IMG/VR virus record: IMGVR_UViG_2526164597_000016
DNA from: a virus
Lineage: Duplodnaviria; Heunggongvirae; Uroviricota; Caudoviricetes
Length of the DNA: 34,328 nucleotides
Strand: one strand, 5' to 3'
In this document: positions 1 to 9,130 of the stretch, one piece after another
Position numbering within the stretch: the first letter of the stretch is position 1
How the letters are laid out: every line of letters starts with the position of its first letter
Made by a program: the position numbers and the translations under genes
Notes under the pieces: model-generated
What the model saw: only the letters and a program-made list of their open reading frames with translations
Databases searched by the model: none
Told to the model about the DNA's origin: nothing

Positions 1-981
1 TTATAACGTCACTCCGCCTTTTAGAGGATTCAGCGCGACGGCATTTTGCAGGTAGTCAGGCGCAAGGTGCGCATAGGCCATCGTCTGCTGAATGCTCGCA
101 TGTCCCAGAATCTGTTGCAGTGCGATTATATTGCCCCCATTCATCATGAAATGGCTTGCGAATGTATGCCGCAGGATGTGGGTTGCCTGATTGGGTGGTA
201 TATCTGGCTTCACTCTGCGTAAAATCCCGCAAAACTTCTCATAATCAACTTTGAATAATTTAGCGCTGGCCTCCTCTTTAACTTTTTTCTCCAGTTCCTC
301 AGAAATCGGCACGGTTCGCTTTTTACCGTTTTTGGTTTTCAGGAAGGTAACCCTGCAATTTGTAATCTGTGCTGGTTTTAGCGTGGCAACTTCCGTCCAT
401 CTTCCTCCAGTGCTCAGACATAAAAGTGCGACAAGTAAGTCATCACCATCCAGAACATTTAACAGTTTTTCGATTTCTGCTTTTTCCAGGAACGTCATTT
501 CAGGGTTGGCCTCCGCCAGTGGCGGCAGTCCGTGAATTGGGTGTTGCCCGGAAAATTCATCCAATTGAATTAATTTTGTGAACATGCCGGATAATCGGTA
601 CATGTCACGGTTTATCGTTGCGGCACTGATACCATCACGTAGTCGCATGGAACGATAATCCATCAAAGCTCTTTTGCTCATCCGGCTCACTGGTATATCA
701 CCTATGCCGCTGATGGTTTTGAGCAGATGATTAAACTCTTTTGTTCCATGCTCGTGGTTTTGCCCGTGATATTTCCACCAGATGTCCAGCAACTCACTCA
801 AAGTTCTGCGATCTGCTCGCTGACCTGCCCATTCTTTCTGGCTGGCGTAGGCGATTGTGTATCGCTCAAATGCTACAGCCTCAGCTTTTCTTTCAAATTT
901 CCTGCGGATGCGTTTTCCGTCGCGACCGCGAGGTCTAATGTCCACTTCATAGCGTCCATCATCGAGCTTCTTAATTGACAT
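1..981 (-). CDS. int: Tyrosine integrase (P2 Int-like); start taken at internal ATG 979-981 preceded by GAGGG; alternative start at 1011
   Basis: Translation contains the tyrosine recombinase motifs HILRHTF (HxxR) and AYAHLAP (catalytic Tyr); N-terminus MSIKKLDDGRYEVDIRP resembles P2 Int; stop codon at 1-3. Confidence 0.85.
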   Translation of the reverse strand: MSIKKLDDGRYEVDIRPRGRDGKRIRRKFERKAEAVAFERYTIAYASQKEWAGQRADRRTLSELLDIWWKYHGQNHEHGTKEFNHLLKTISGIGDIPVSRMSKRALMDYRSMRLRDGISAATINRDMYRLSGMFTKLIQLDEFSGQHPIHGLPPLAEANPEMTFLEKAEIEKLLNVLDGDDLLVALLCLSTGGRWTEVATLKPAQITNCRVTFLKTKNGKKRTVPISEELEKKVKEEASAKLFKVDYEKFCGILRRVKPDIPPNQATHILRHTFASHFMMNGGNIIALQQILGHASIQQTMAYAHLAPDYLQNAVALNPLKGGVTL

Positions 982-1050
982 AAGAAAGCCCTCTGACGCT
1001 GTATTCACCATCTTGGTAACAAATGGTGAAAATGTAATGTTTATAGAGTG

Positions 1051-1344
1051 TTAACCAGTCTGTTTTTCGGAGTGGTCTGATTCTGTTGGTTTTTGCCCAA
1101 TGTGTGCGAGAGCCGGCGCGATCTGACCAGCTTGTGGTGACGTATCACCAGTCATTAACCAGAGCGTATATTTTTTAAATAAAGGCGTATTTGTGACTCG
1201 CATAACGATGCTGAGACCAGGGTCTTTATGCCCACTTTCGTAATTTTTGACTGTTCCTAGAGCTATCCCGCTAATTTCGCTGAATTTCGCCTGTGTTAAG
1301 CCTTCTGCTTTCCTAATCGCTTTCAGTTTTTCGAATGTCTGCAT
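1051..1344 (-). CDS. C: Immunity repressor (P2 C-like, HTH XRE-type)
   Basis: 97 aa; HTH-like segment LTQAKFSEISGIALGTVKNYESG; sits directly upstream of int and faces the cox gene, as in P2. Confidence 0.8.
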   Translation of the reverse strand: MQTFEKLKAIRKAEGLTQAKFSEISGIALGTVKNYESGHKDPGLSIVMRVTNTPLFKKYTLWLMTGDTSPQAGQIAPALAHIGQKPTESDHSEKQTG

Positions 1345-1496
1345 TTGACAGTAACCTATTGGTGACTTATATTCCCGTCAAAAGGTTGTGTATTGGTGAC
1401 CTTTTGAGTGTGTTAGCCAGTCCCTAGAAAGGACAGGGGCGACCTAGAAGGGACTGGATCTAATAAGGGTAACACGAAAGCAAAAAGGGCTAATCA
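1345..1496. promoter_or_regulatory. Lysis/lysogeny switch region with candidate early promoter Pe and operator repeats
   Basis: TTGACA 1345-1350, 17-bp spacer, TATATT 1368-1373 reading rightward toward cox; direct repeat TATTGGTGAC at 1358-1367 and 1391-1400; inverted repeat CAGTCCCT 1418-1425 / AGGGACTG 1449-1456 with nested direct CCTAGAA at 1422-1428 and 1443-1449. Confidence 0.55.
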
Positions 1497-1769
1497 ATGG
1501 AAGTCAATGACTATGTGATTCAGTACCCGATTGATGCGGTACATACGGTTAAGTTTGCAGAGTTACTTGGTAAGCCAGAAACGGCTGTAGTCAAGATGGT
1601 AAAAGAGAATAAATTGCCAGTTATTGAGCTTCGTGATCCAAGTAAGCCGAACGCTCGTGTCGGTGAGAAGTGGGTTTTCATTCCAGAGTTTAATCGCGCT
1701 GTACGAGAGGCGTTTTATAACCGACCAGTTGAACAGCGTGATGCATGGCTTTTGTGGATGGGGTTGTGA
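1497..1769 (+). CDS. cox: Cox/Apl-like excisionase and early-operon regulator
   Basis: 90 aa; first gene of the rightward early operon opposite the repressor; the size and position match P2 Cox. Confidence 0.7.
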   Translation: MEVNDYVIQYPIDAVHTVKFAELLGKPETAVVKMVKENKLPVIELRDPSKPNARVGEKWVFIPEFNRAVREAFYNRPVEQRDAWLLWMGL

Positions 1770-1771
1770 TT

Positions 1772-1942
1772 ATGAGTGAACCGCGTTGTATTGCTCAGTT
1801 ACTGCGTAACGAAAGCCCCAGGGCGATTGACTTCACCATCACCCACGGTAAGGGGCGTAAGGGAATCATTATCCGCACCAAAAAACAGAGTCCGTTAAAA
1901 AAGGCTCTGACCTTTCTGAAAAGCCGGAGGGTCTGGAAATGA
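1772..1942 (+). CDS. Small early protein (P2 orf78 position), start assumed at ATG 1772
   Basis: In-frame ATG immediately after the cox stop (TGAttATG); the stop overlaps the B start (ATGA); basic protein. Confidence 0.4.
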   Translation: MSEPRCIAQLLRNESPRAIDFTITHGKGRKGIIIRTKKQSPLKKALTFLKSRRVWK

Positions 1943-2439
1943 CAGTGATGACGCTCAATCTCGTTGAAAAACAGCCAGCAGCTATGCGCCGGATAATTGG
2001 TAAGCATCTTGCCGTTCCTCGCTGGCAGGAGACATGTGATTATTATAATCAGATGATGGAGCGCGAACGGCTAACGGTTTGCTTTCATGCGCAGTTAAAA
2101 CAGCGTCACGCAACGATGCGTTTTGAAGAAATGAACGACGTCGAACGTGAACGGCTGGTTTGTGCAATTGATGAATTGCGTGGTGCATTCTCAAAACGCC
2201 GTCAGGTTGGCGCAAGTGAGTATGCATATATTAGTTTTTTAACAGTCAGTCAGCGTCGCACTTTATTTATGCATGCCGGATTGACTGAAAAAGAATTCAA
2301 CCAGCCATACTGGCGAATTAATGAAGAGTCATGTTACTGGCGTGATGCTTTATTCCGTGCATTACGTGAATTATTCAGCCTGTTTGAGTATGCACCGACA
2401 ATTCTGACGTCGGTAAAACCAGAGCAATATCTGCATTAA
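1939..2439 (+). CDS. B: Replication protein B-like (P2 gpB, DnaB-helicase loader)
   Basis: 166 aa, identical length to P2 gpB; position between cox and A. Confidence 0.7.
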   Translation: MTVMTLNLVEKQPAAMRRIIGKHLAVPRWQETCDYYNQMMERERLTVCFHAQLKQRHATMRFEEMNDVERERLVCAIDELRGAFSKRRQVGASEYAYISFLTVSQRRTLFMHAGLTEKEFNQPYWRINEESCYWRDALFRALRELFSLFEYAPTILTSVKPEQYLH

Positions 2440-2502
2440 ATAATTAACCAGAGTTTTTAACGCACTTAATTGTGCGGGGCTTCTTTTTGCCTGGAGAAAG
2501 TC

Positions 2503-2727
2503 ATGCATACAGTTTCTGAAAATCAGTGCGGTAAATACGCATTACTGCTGCAACAGGCCAGAACCGAAGCACAGGCCGACGCTGCGACGCGCTTTTCTTC
2601 TCATCTTGACGCCATGATTCGCCACATCACAAAGGCGGAGTTATCCCGCGTGGAGATAGTAGAGCTGCTCAGTCAGGAGTCGGAAAAATTTCACAATATC
2701 GGATTGTCTCGCGGGGAGGTGCTTTGA
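2503..2727 (+). CDS. Early hypothetical protein (P2 orf80 position)
   Basis: ATG 2503 preceded by GGAG at 2490-2493; stop overlaps the next start (ATGA at 2724-2727). Confidence 0.5.
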   Translation: MHTVSENQCGKYALLLQQARTEAQADAATRFSSHLDAMIRHITKAELSRVEIVELLSQESEKFHNIGLSRGEVL

Positions 2728-3026
2728 TGTCCTGTTCTCATTCTGTTGTATTACTGAATAACGCCTTAAAAATCGCCGTTATGAAAAATGGCGATTTGTC
2801 TCTTATTCAACTTTGCCTTGATAAAGAAAAACGCGACATAACTGAATCTGTTATCGCAATTTATCAGAATGAATTAAACCTCCTGTCTGATGTGGTCAAT
2901 TTACTTGTTAAACGCGCTGTATTCCACAAGCAAATTTCCTCAGTGGATGAACTGACAAAATTAACGACAGAACTTGCCAGTTATTGCGCTGATGTATCCA
3001 GAAAACTTAACGATAAAAGGAGCTGA
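2724..3026 (+). CDS. Early hypothetical protein (P2 orf81 position)
   Basis: 100-aa ORF translationally coupled to its neighbours; AGGAG precedes the next gene. Confidence 0.5.
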   Translation: MMSCSHSVVLLNNALKIAVMKNGDLSLIQLCLDKEKRDITESVIAIYQNELNLLSDVVNLLVKRAVFHKQISSVDELTKLTTELASYCADVSRKLNDKRS

Positions 3027-3028
3027 TA

Positions 3029-3253
3029 ATGCCGGACAACGTAGATTTTATTCAGGAACAACAGGCTGAATTACTGGAGCGGCAGATTAACGCGGCAAGG
3101 GTAAAACATTGCGGTGCTTCTGCGCTGGTTTGCGAAGAGTGTGACGCGCCAATACCTGCTGCCCGTCGTGCGGCTTATCCGTCAGCCACGCGTTGTGTTT
3201 CCTGTCAGTCAGTCTTTGAAGCAAAAAACAAACATTACCGGAGAACGGCATGA
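3029..3253 (+). CDS. TraR/DksA-family C4 zinc-finger protein (P2 orf82 position)
   Basis: 74 aa with CGASALVCEEC ... CVSC four-cysteine arrangement typical of TraR/DksA C4 zinc fingers. Confidence 0.65.
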   Translation: MPDNVDFIQEQQAELLERQINAARVKHCGASALVCEECDAPIPAARRAAYPSATRCVSCQSVFEAKNKHYRRTA

Positions 3254-3525
3254 GTATTCGTATTGAAATTGGCGAACGTTATGTCGTTACCAGTGACAGC
3301 TTTCAGTTTATTCTCCACGAGAAAAAGAGAGCGGAAAGCGGTAAAAACGCCGGTCAGGAATGGCTGTCGGTGGTTGGTTATTACCCGAAATTAAGCCAGC
3401 TCGTTTCCGGCCTGATGCATCACGATATTCTGACCGGAAGCGCAAAGTCTTTTGCTGATTTAAACGCGCAGGTTGAGCAACTCAGCAAGCGTTGTTCAGA
3501 GGCTTTTGGCTCATATGGCCGTTAA
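3250..3525 (+). CDS. Early hypothetical protein (P2 orf83 position)
   Basis: 91-aa ORF; ATGA overlap with the previous gene. Confidence 0.5.
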   Translation: MSIRIEIGERYVVTSDSFQFILHEKKRAESGKNAGQEWLSVVGYYPKLSQLVSGLMHHDILTGSAKSFADLNAQVEQLSKRCSEAFGSYGR

Positions 3526-5785
3526 AGCCTCCGGGCGTTTTGTCCCTCCGTCAGCATTTGCCGCAGGCACCGGTAAGACGACCGGTGCTTATGCATGGAA
3601 CGCGCCACGCGAGGCCGTCGGGCGCGAAAGACCCCTTACACGTGACGAGATGCGTCAGGTGCAAGGTGTTTTATCCACGATTAACCGCCTGCCTTACTTT
3701 TTGCGCTCGCTGTTTACTTCACGCTATGACTACATCCGGCGCAATAAAAGCCCGGTGCACGGGTTTTATTTCCTCACATCCACTTTTCAGCGTCGTTTAT
3801 GGCCGCGCATTGAGCGTGTGAATCAGCGCCATGAAATGAACACCGACACGTCGTTGCTGTTTCTGGCAGAGCGTGACCACTATGCGCGCCTGCCGGGAAT
3901 GAATGACAAGGAGCTGAAAAAGTTTGCCGCCCGTATCTCATCGCAGCTTTTCATGATGTATGAGGAACTCAGCGATGCCTGGGTGGATGCGCATGGCGAA
4001 AAAGAATCACTGTTTACGGATGAGGCTCAGGCTCACCTGTATGGTCATGTTGCTGGCGCTGCACGAGCTTTCAATATTTCCCCTCTCTACTGGAAAAAAT
4101 ACCGTAAAGGACAGATGACCACGAGGCAGGCATATTCTGCCATTGCCCGTCTGTTTAACGATGAGTGGTGGACTCATCAGCTTAAAGGCCAGCGTATGCG
4201 CTGGCATGAAGCGTTACTGATAGCTGTCGGGGAGGTCAATAAAGACCGTTCTCCTTATGCCAGTAAACACGCCATTCGTGATGTGCGTGCGCGCCGCCAG
4301 GCAAATCTGGAATTTCTTAAATCGTGTGATCTCGAAAACAGGGAAACCGGCGAGCGCATCGACCTTATCAGTAAGGTGATGGGCAGTATTTCTAATCCTG
4401 AAATTCGCCGGATGGAGCTGATGAACACCATTGCTGGTATTGAGCGTTACGCCGCAGCAGAGGGTGATGTGGGGATGTTTATCACGCTCACCGCGCCGTC
4501 AAAGTATCACCCGACACGTCAGGTTGGAAAAGGCGAAAGTAAAACCGTCCAGCTAAATCACGGCTGGAACGATGAGGCATTTAATCCAAAGGATGCGCAG
4601 CGTTATCTCTGCCGCATCTGGAGCCTGATGCGCACGGCATTCAAGGATAATGATTTACAGGTCTACGGTTTGCGTGTCGTCGAGCCACACCACGACGGAA
4701 CGCCGCACTGGCATATGATGCTTTTTTGTAATCCACGCCAGCGTAACCAGATTATCGAAATCATGCGTCGCTATGCGCTCAAAGAGGATGGTGACGAAAG
4801 AGGAGCCGCGCGAAACCGTTTTCAGGCAAAGCACCTTAACCGGGGCGGTGCTGCGGGATATATCGCGAAATACATTTCAAAAAACATCGACGGCTATGCA
4901 CTGGATGGTCAGCTCGATAACGATACCGGCAGGCCGCTGAAAGACACTGCCGCGGCTGTTACCGCATGGGCGTCAACGTGGCGCATTCCGCAATTTAAAA
5001 CGGTTGGCCTGCCGACAATGGGGGCTTACCGTGAACTACGCAAATTGCCTCGCGGCGTCAGCATTGCTGATGAGTTTGACGAACGCGTCGAGGCTGCACG
5101 CGCTGCCGCAGACAGTGGCGATTTTGCGCTGTATATCAGCGCGCAGGGTGGGGCAAATGTCCCGCGCGATTGTCAGACTGTCAGGGTCGCCCGTAGCCCG
5201 TCGGATGACGTTAACGAGTACGAGGAAGAGGTCGAGAGAGTGGTCGGCATTTACGCGCCGCATCTCGGCGCGCGTCATATTCATATCACCAGAACGACGG
5301 ACTGGCGCATTGTGCCGAAAGTTCCGGTCGTTCAGCCTTTGACTTTAAAAAGCGGCATCGCCGCGCCTCGGAGTCCTGTCAATAACTGTGGAAAACTCAC
5401 CGGTGGTGATACTTCGTTACCGGCTCCCACACCTTCTGAGCACGCCGCAGCAGTGCTTAATCTGGTTGATGACGGTGTTATCGAATGGAGTGACCCGGAG
5501 GTCGTGAGGGCGCTCAGAGGTGCATTAAAACACGGTCGGAGAACGCCAAGTCGTCAGCAAAGAAACGGAAGCCCGTTAAAACCACATGAAATTGCACCAT
5601 CGGCCAGACTGACCCGGTCGGAAAGAATGCAAATTACCCGTATCCGCGTTGACCTTGCTCAGAACGGTATCAGGCCGCAGCGATGGGAGCTTGAGGCGCT
5701 GGCGCGTGGCGCGACCGTAAATTATGATGGGAAAACGTTTTCATATCCGATTTCTGATGGTTGGGCGGGATTTGAAACAAACTAA
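3515..5785 (+). CDS. A: Rolling-circle replication initiator / endonuclease (P2 gpA-like); start taken at ATG 3515 (the ORF opens at TTG 3473)
   Basis: About 756 aa; N-terminus MAVKASGRFVPPSAFAAGTGK recognised as P2 gpA-like; position after B and the small ORFs. Confidence 0.85.
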   Translation: MAVKASGRFVPPSAFAAGTGKTTGAYAWNAPREAVGRERPLTRDEMRQVQGVLSTINRLPYFLRSLFTSRYDYIRRNKSPVHGFYFLTSTFQRRLWPRIERVNQRHEMNTDTSLLFLAERDHYARLPGMNDKELKKFAARISSQLFMMYEELSDAWVDAHGEKESLFTDEAQAHLYGHVAGAARAFNISPLYWKKYRKGQMTTRQAYSAIARLFNDEWWTHQLKGQRMRWHEALLIAVGEVNKDRSPYASKHAIRDVRARRQANLEFLKSCDLENRETGERIDLISKVMGSISNPEIRRMELMNTIAGIERYAAAEGDVGMFITLTAPSKYHPTRQVGKGESKTVQLNHGWNDEAFNPKDAQRYLCRIWSLMRTAFKDNDLQVYGLRVVEPHHDGTPHWHMMLFCNPRQRNQIIEIMRRYALKEDGDERGAARNRFQAKHLNRGGAAGYIAKYISKNIDGYALDGQLDNDTGRPLKDTAAAVTAWASTWRIPQFKTVGLPTMGAYRELRKLPRGVSIADEFDERVEAARAAADSGDFALYISAQGGANVPRDCQTVRVARSPSDDVNEYEEEVERVVGIYAPHLGARHIHITRTTDWRIVPKVPVVQPLTLKSGIAAPRSPVNNCGKLTGGDTSLPAPTPSEHAAAVLNLVDDGVIEWSDPEVVRALRGALKHGRRTPSRQQRNGSPLKPHEIAPSARLTRSERMQITRIRVDLAQNGIRPQRWELEALARGATVNYDGKTFSYPISDGWAGFETN

Positions 5786-5896
5786 CAATAATGATTGACA
5801 TGCTTGATTTTGTATTCACAAATCAAGCATCAAGTAAACATCGATGATGAGAAAGAACAATGCTACAATCCCCACAGCATTAGAAGGAGGTTTATC
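5786..5896 (+). promoter_or_regulatory. Promoter/operator region of the methyltransferase gene
   Basis: Perfect inverted repeat TGCTTGATTT 5801-5810 / AAATCAAGCA 5820-5829 (9-bp spacer) next to TTGACA 5795-5800; extended -10-like TGcTACAAT at 5861-5869; AGGAGG 5885-5890 six nt before the TTG start. Confidence 0.5.
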
Positions 5897-6946
5897 TTGA
5901 TTAAGGTTGTTGATTTATTCTGTGGCGCGGGTGGCTTGACTCACGGTCTTCAGAAGTCGGGGCTTAATGTAGTTGCAGGTTATGATATAGATGCAGCCTG
6001 TCGATTTGCCTATGAGACAAATAATAAATCACTCTTTGTCCAGAAAAGTGTTACAGACATTGAGGACGGCGAATTAGTTAAATATTTCGAAGGAGCGAAG
6101 GTTCGAGTTTTGGCTGGTTGTGCCCCATGCCAACCTTTTTCAAGCTATACCAATAGTGCTAAATTAGGGGTAGTACGTTCAAAAGATAAAAGATGGTCTT
6201 TGCTTTATAGCTTTGCTAAGCAAATTAAATTTGCAAAGCCAGATATTATTACAATGGAAAACGTTCCCCGAGTGGTGAATCATAAGGTTTTTAAGGACTT
6301 CATTAAGTCTCTTAAAAATGATGGCTATTTTGTTTGGTATGGGGTGGTGTTTTGTCCAGACTATGGAATGGCACAAAGTCGTTCAAGATTAGTGTTATTG
6401 GCATCAAAATATGGAGAAATAGAAATAATTCCACCAACTCATGAGAAGAATGATTATAAAACGGTGCGAGATATAATCGGTAATCTTCCTGAAATTAGTG
6501 CCGGTGCTGTTCACGCTGGAGATAAACTACATCGCTCTGCATCATTATCTGATATTAATATAAAAAGAATAATGGCATCAAAACCTGGTGGAACATGGCG
6601 TGATTGGCCAGAAGAGCTAAGAGCAAAATGTCATACAAAAGAAAGTGGTTCTACATATACTGCTGTATATGGGAGAATGTGTTGGGATAAACTTGGACCG
6701 ACAATTACAACTCAATGTATTGGATATGGGAATGGACGCTTTGGGCACCCTGTCCAAAATAGAGCATTAAGTTTAAGAGAGGCTGCGCTATTACAGTCAT
6801 TCCCAGAAAAGTATGAGTTTTGGCCTGATGATGTAAAAATTGAAATGAGAACAGTTGCGCGTTTAATAGGTAATGCTGTTCCTGTTAGGCTTGGTGAGGT
6901 CGTAGGTGAAACTATTTTAAAACATTTGTCAGAAATGAATATTTAA
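5897..6946 (+). CDS. DNA (cytosine-5)-methyltransferase (Dcm-like), probable TTG start
   Basis: Motif I DLFCGAGG, motif IV PCQPFS (catalytic Cys), motif VI ENV, motif VIII QSRSR, motif X GNAV; the ORF-track N-terminal extension from 5795 translates the promoter/palindrome and is probably not coding. Confidence 0.85.
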   Translation: MIKVVDLFCGAGGLTHGLQKSGLNVVAGYDIDAACRFAYETNNKSLFVQKSVTDIEDGELVKYFEGAKVRVLAGCAPCQPFSSYTNSAKLGVVRSKDKRWSLLYSFAKQIKFAKPDIITMENVPRVVNHKVFKDFIKSLKNDGYFVWYGVVFCPDYGMAQSRSRLVLLASKYGEIEIIPPTHEKNDYKTVRDIIGNLPEISAGAVHAGDKLHRSASLSDINIKRIMASKPGGTWRDWPEELRAKCHTKESGSTYTAVYGRMCWDKLGPTITTQCIGYGNGRFGHPVQNRALSLREAALLQSFPEKYEFWPDDVKIEMRTVARLIGNAVPVRLGEVVGETILKHLSEMNI

Positions 6947-6958
6947 AACTTATGTCAT

Positions 6959-6980
6959 CCCCCTGTCAAAAAACAGGGGG
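6959..6980. terminator. Hairpin between convergent genes, probable bidirectional terminator
   Basis: CCCCCTG (6959-6965), loop TCAAAAAA, CAGGGGG (6974-6980), lying between the methyltransferase stop (6946) and the ATPase stop (6987). Confidence 0.5.
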
Positions 6981-6986
6981 GTATAA

Positions 6987-8945
6987 TTAGATTCCCTCAA
7001 CTATTTTCATAATTCTAGCTGCATCATTCTTTTTGTCTTGATATTCAGCATAGGCTTGTTTTGATTGCACGATTAGGTCATTATATGTCAATATTTTTCC
7101 ATTGATAGAAAGTAATTGCATATTTATAAAGTGTTGGTTCTCTTGTAAATATCCAGAGCCAACCAGGAATATTACTTCTATATGCGGTATATTTCCACCT
7201 GGGCAATTTTTAGGGTTATTGGAGAACCATTGTGTCGTTGCCTGTACATATTTATTACCTTGTGCGACTAGGTTCATTATATCTGGGTGCACTTTAGGTC
7301 GTTTCATCTCAATAATTACATGCTTGCCAGAAACGGTTTTGAAAGCGATATCAATACGAGCACCGCTAGCAGCATCAGGGTTTATCTGTTTTAGTTCCTT
7401 GGTCAATGTTTGCTCCATAACAGATGTGCCTGTGACTCTTTCCCATGAAGGATCCAATAACCATAAATGATCATATAAATACATTTGTACAGCTCTTTCA
7501 AGCTGATTTTCATCAGTTATTTTTTGGAATTTTTCAATTACTTTAAGGCGTTGCGAAGTAATTTCATAAAACATGCTTGCTTCAATGTCATTGACAGATG
7601 CAAATACATCTTTAAAATTTTCTGATTGAAGGTTGCTTATTTTATCTAATGCATCAAGGTTGTCTTGAATTCTAAGTCTTTCAAAGGCTAATACCGTATT
7701 TTTTAATACGGTTTTTCTTGCTGCTTTTTGTTCTTCCTCATTACCAGAAAAACGGAATGTGTTTACTCGTCCAATTAACTTTTCGGCACTTTCTCTCTCA
7801 TGTTTTTTGAGAGAATTCAGCCATTCACTTACTATTGGAGTATTGCTTTTAACTTCATTTACTCCTTTTTCGCGTCTCCATTTATCCCAATCTTTATCGA
7901 TTAGTTGTAGCGTTCTTTCCAGAAAACCTTTAAGTACAGGGTATCTTGGATCATTCTGTTGTAGTTTTTGACGAGAAGATGTTGCCATATCAGGCTTTTC
8001 GTTATCATCTAGAAAATCGGCGACTATTTCACCGACCAGATAATTGGTGAATACTTTAGCACTTCCAAATTCTAATAATATGTCCTCCTCAAAAACACGT
8101 CCGTGAGAGATTACAGTAATGCTGTTGTTAGATATTTCAGGGTCTTTCTTTAACTGTGATGGCTTAACTACACTGCCAATGTACCCACTAACTTTTACAT
8201 CTTTTCCTTCAAAGGTAATAGTATTTGGTAATATGTTTTTTTGTGTGATGTTTGTGCAGGATTTTATCCTTTCAGGGTCGGATTCGCCAAATTCCCAAAT
8301 GAACTCGAGATCTGAAAGGAAATCTCTATCTGCCGGTGTAATATCGGTCCCATTAATTTTAACTGTAAAGTTATGGTTGGGGCCAATAATGCTAAATCGA
8401 CGAGCTATTCGCTTTCTGAGGTAAGTTTGAGTCCTATCAATGGCTTTTTTTAGTTCAAATAATTTAATTGTAGTGCCGTAAGCAAGATTTTCGGGTATTT
8501 CAAGGGAGTCAGCAATATAGTTTTTTGATTCTTTGATACTTTGCTGTAAATCTTTGACATCTACCTCAAAGGCCTGAGGCTGTTCCCCCTTTTTGTACGA
8601 ATAAACTTGGATTTTATTGGCAAGTGAAAACATGGCAAGCTTACCAATACCTTTTCTGCCCATAACTTGACGTTTTAGATGATCGCTTTTGGCTCTTCCA
8701 TGTTCCCTGCGAGCATAACCGACTTTTAGGAACTTATTAATAATGTCATCTTTAGACATGCCATGACCATCATCTTTAATGATGACCTCTCCTTTCTCAA
8801 CATCAAGTGTAATTTCTACATTTTGAGCATCTGCATCCCATGCATTTGATATAATCTCAGTTAGTACCGCGGGAGTATTGGAATAGAGACTCATCCCTAG
8901 GTGATTTAGCACATTCAAATCAATTTTAATTTCGAAATCTGACAT
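6987..8945 (-). CDS. GHKL (Bergerat-fold, MORC/MutL-like) ATPase with C-terminal PD-(D/E)xK-like nuclease motif; candidate defence or restriction effector
   Basis: N-terminal ATPase motifs EIISNAWDA (N box), DDGHGM (G1), GRKGIGKLA (G2); C-terminal RIDIAF ... HVIIEMKRP fits a D ... E-x-K nuclease signature; AAGGA precedes the ATG; gene is AT-rich by inspection. Confidence 0.7.
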   Translation of the reverse strand: MSDFEIKIDLNVLNHLGMSLYSNTPAVLTEIISNAWDADAQNVEITLDVEKGEVIIKDDGHGMSKDDIINKFLKVGYARREHGRAKSDHLKRQVMGRKGIGKLAMFSLANKIQVYSYKKGEQPQAFEVDVKDLQQSIKESKNYIADSLEIPENLAYGTTIKLFELKKAIDRTQTYLRKRIARRFSIIGPNHNFTVKINGTDITPADRDFLSDLEFIWEFGESDPERIKSCTNITQKNILPNTITFEGKDVKVSGYIGSVVKPSQLKKDPEISNNSITVISHGRVFEEDILLEFGSAKVFTNYLVGEIVADFLDDNEKPDMATSSRQKLQQNDPRYPVLKGFLERTLQLIDKDWDKWRREKGVNEVKSNTPIVSEWLNSLKKHERESAEKLIGRVNTFRFSGNEEEQKAARKTVLKNTVLAFERLRIQDNLDALDKISNLQSENFKDVFASVNDIEASMFYEITSQRLKVIEKFQKITDENQLERAVQMYLYDHLWLLDPSWERVTGTSVMEQTLTKELKQINPDAASGARIDIAFKTVSGKHVIIEMKRPKVHPDIMNLVAQGNKYVQATTQWFSNNPKNCPGGNIPHIEVIFLVGSGYLQENQHFINMQLLSINGKILTYNDLIVQSKQAYAEYQDKKNDAARIMKIVEGI

Positions 8946-9130
8946 ATAGTCGTTCCTTGCTGAGAGTTCATTTTAGTTTCATGCAATCAATAGGTTAGGC
9001 TGAAGATAAAACCTTAAGATAACCAAAGCAAGTGTTCATTAGCGGCTTTGTTTCATGACATGATGTGTGTCGCTTTTTGCATGAAACTGCATTTGTTTCT
9101 TATATCTGCTCTTTTTACATACTGCTAGTG

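Noticed and set aside
3473-3514. Longer A gene starting at TTG 3473
   Set aside because: That start would overlap the preceding ORF by 53 nt; the ATG at 3515 gives the recognisable gpA-like N-terminus MAVKASGRF. The choice remains uncertain.
5795-5896. N-terminal 34-codon extension of the methyltransferase ORF (ATG 5795)
   Set aside because: It translates through the promoter elements and palindrome and lacks a ribosome-binding site, whereas TTG 5897 has AGGAGG at ideal spacing and sits just before motif I.
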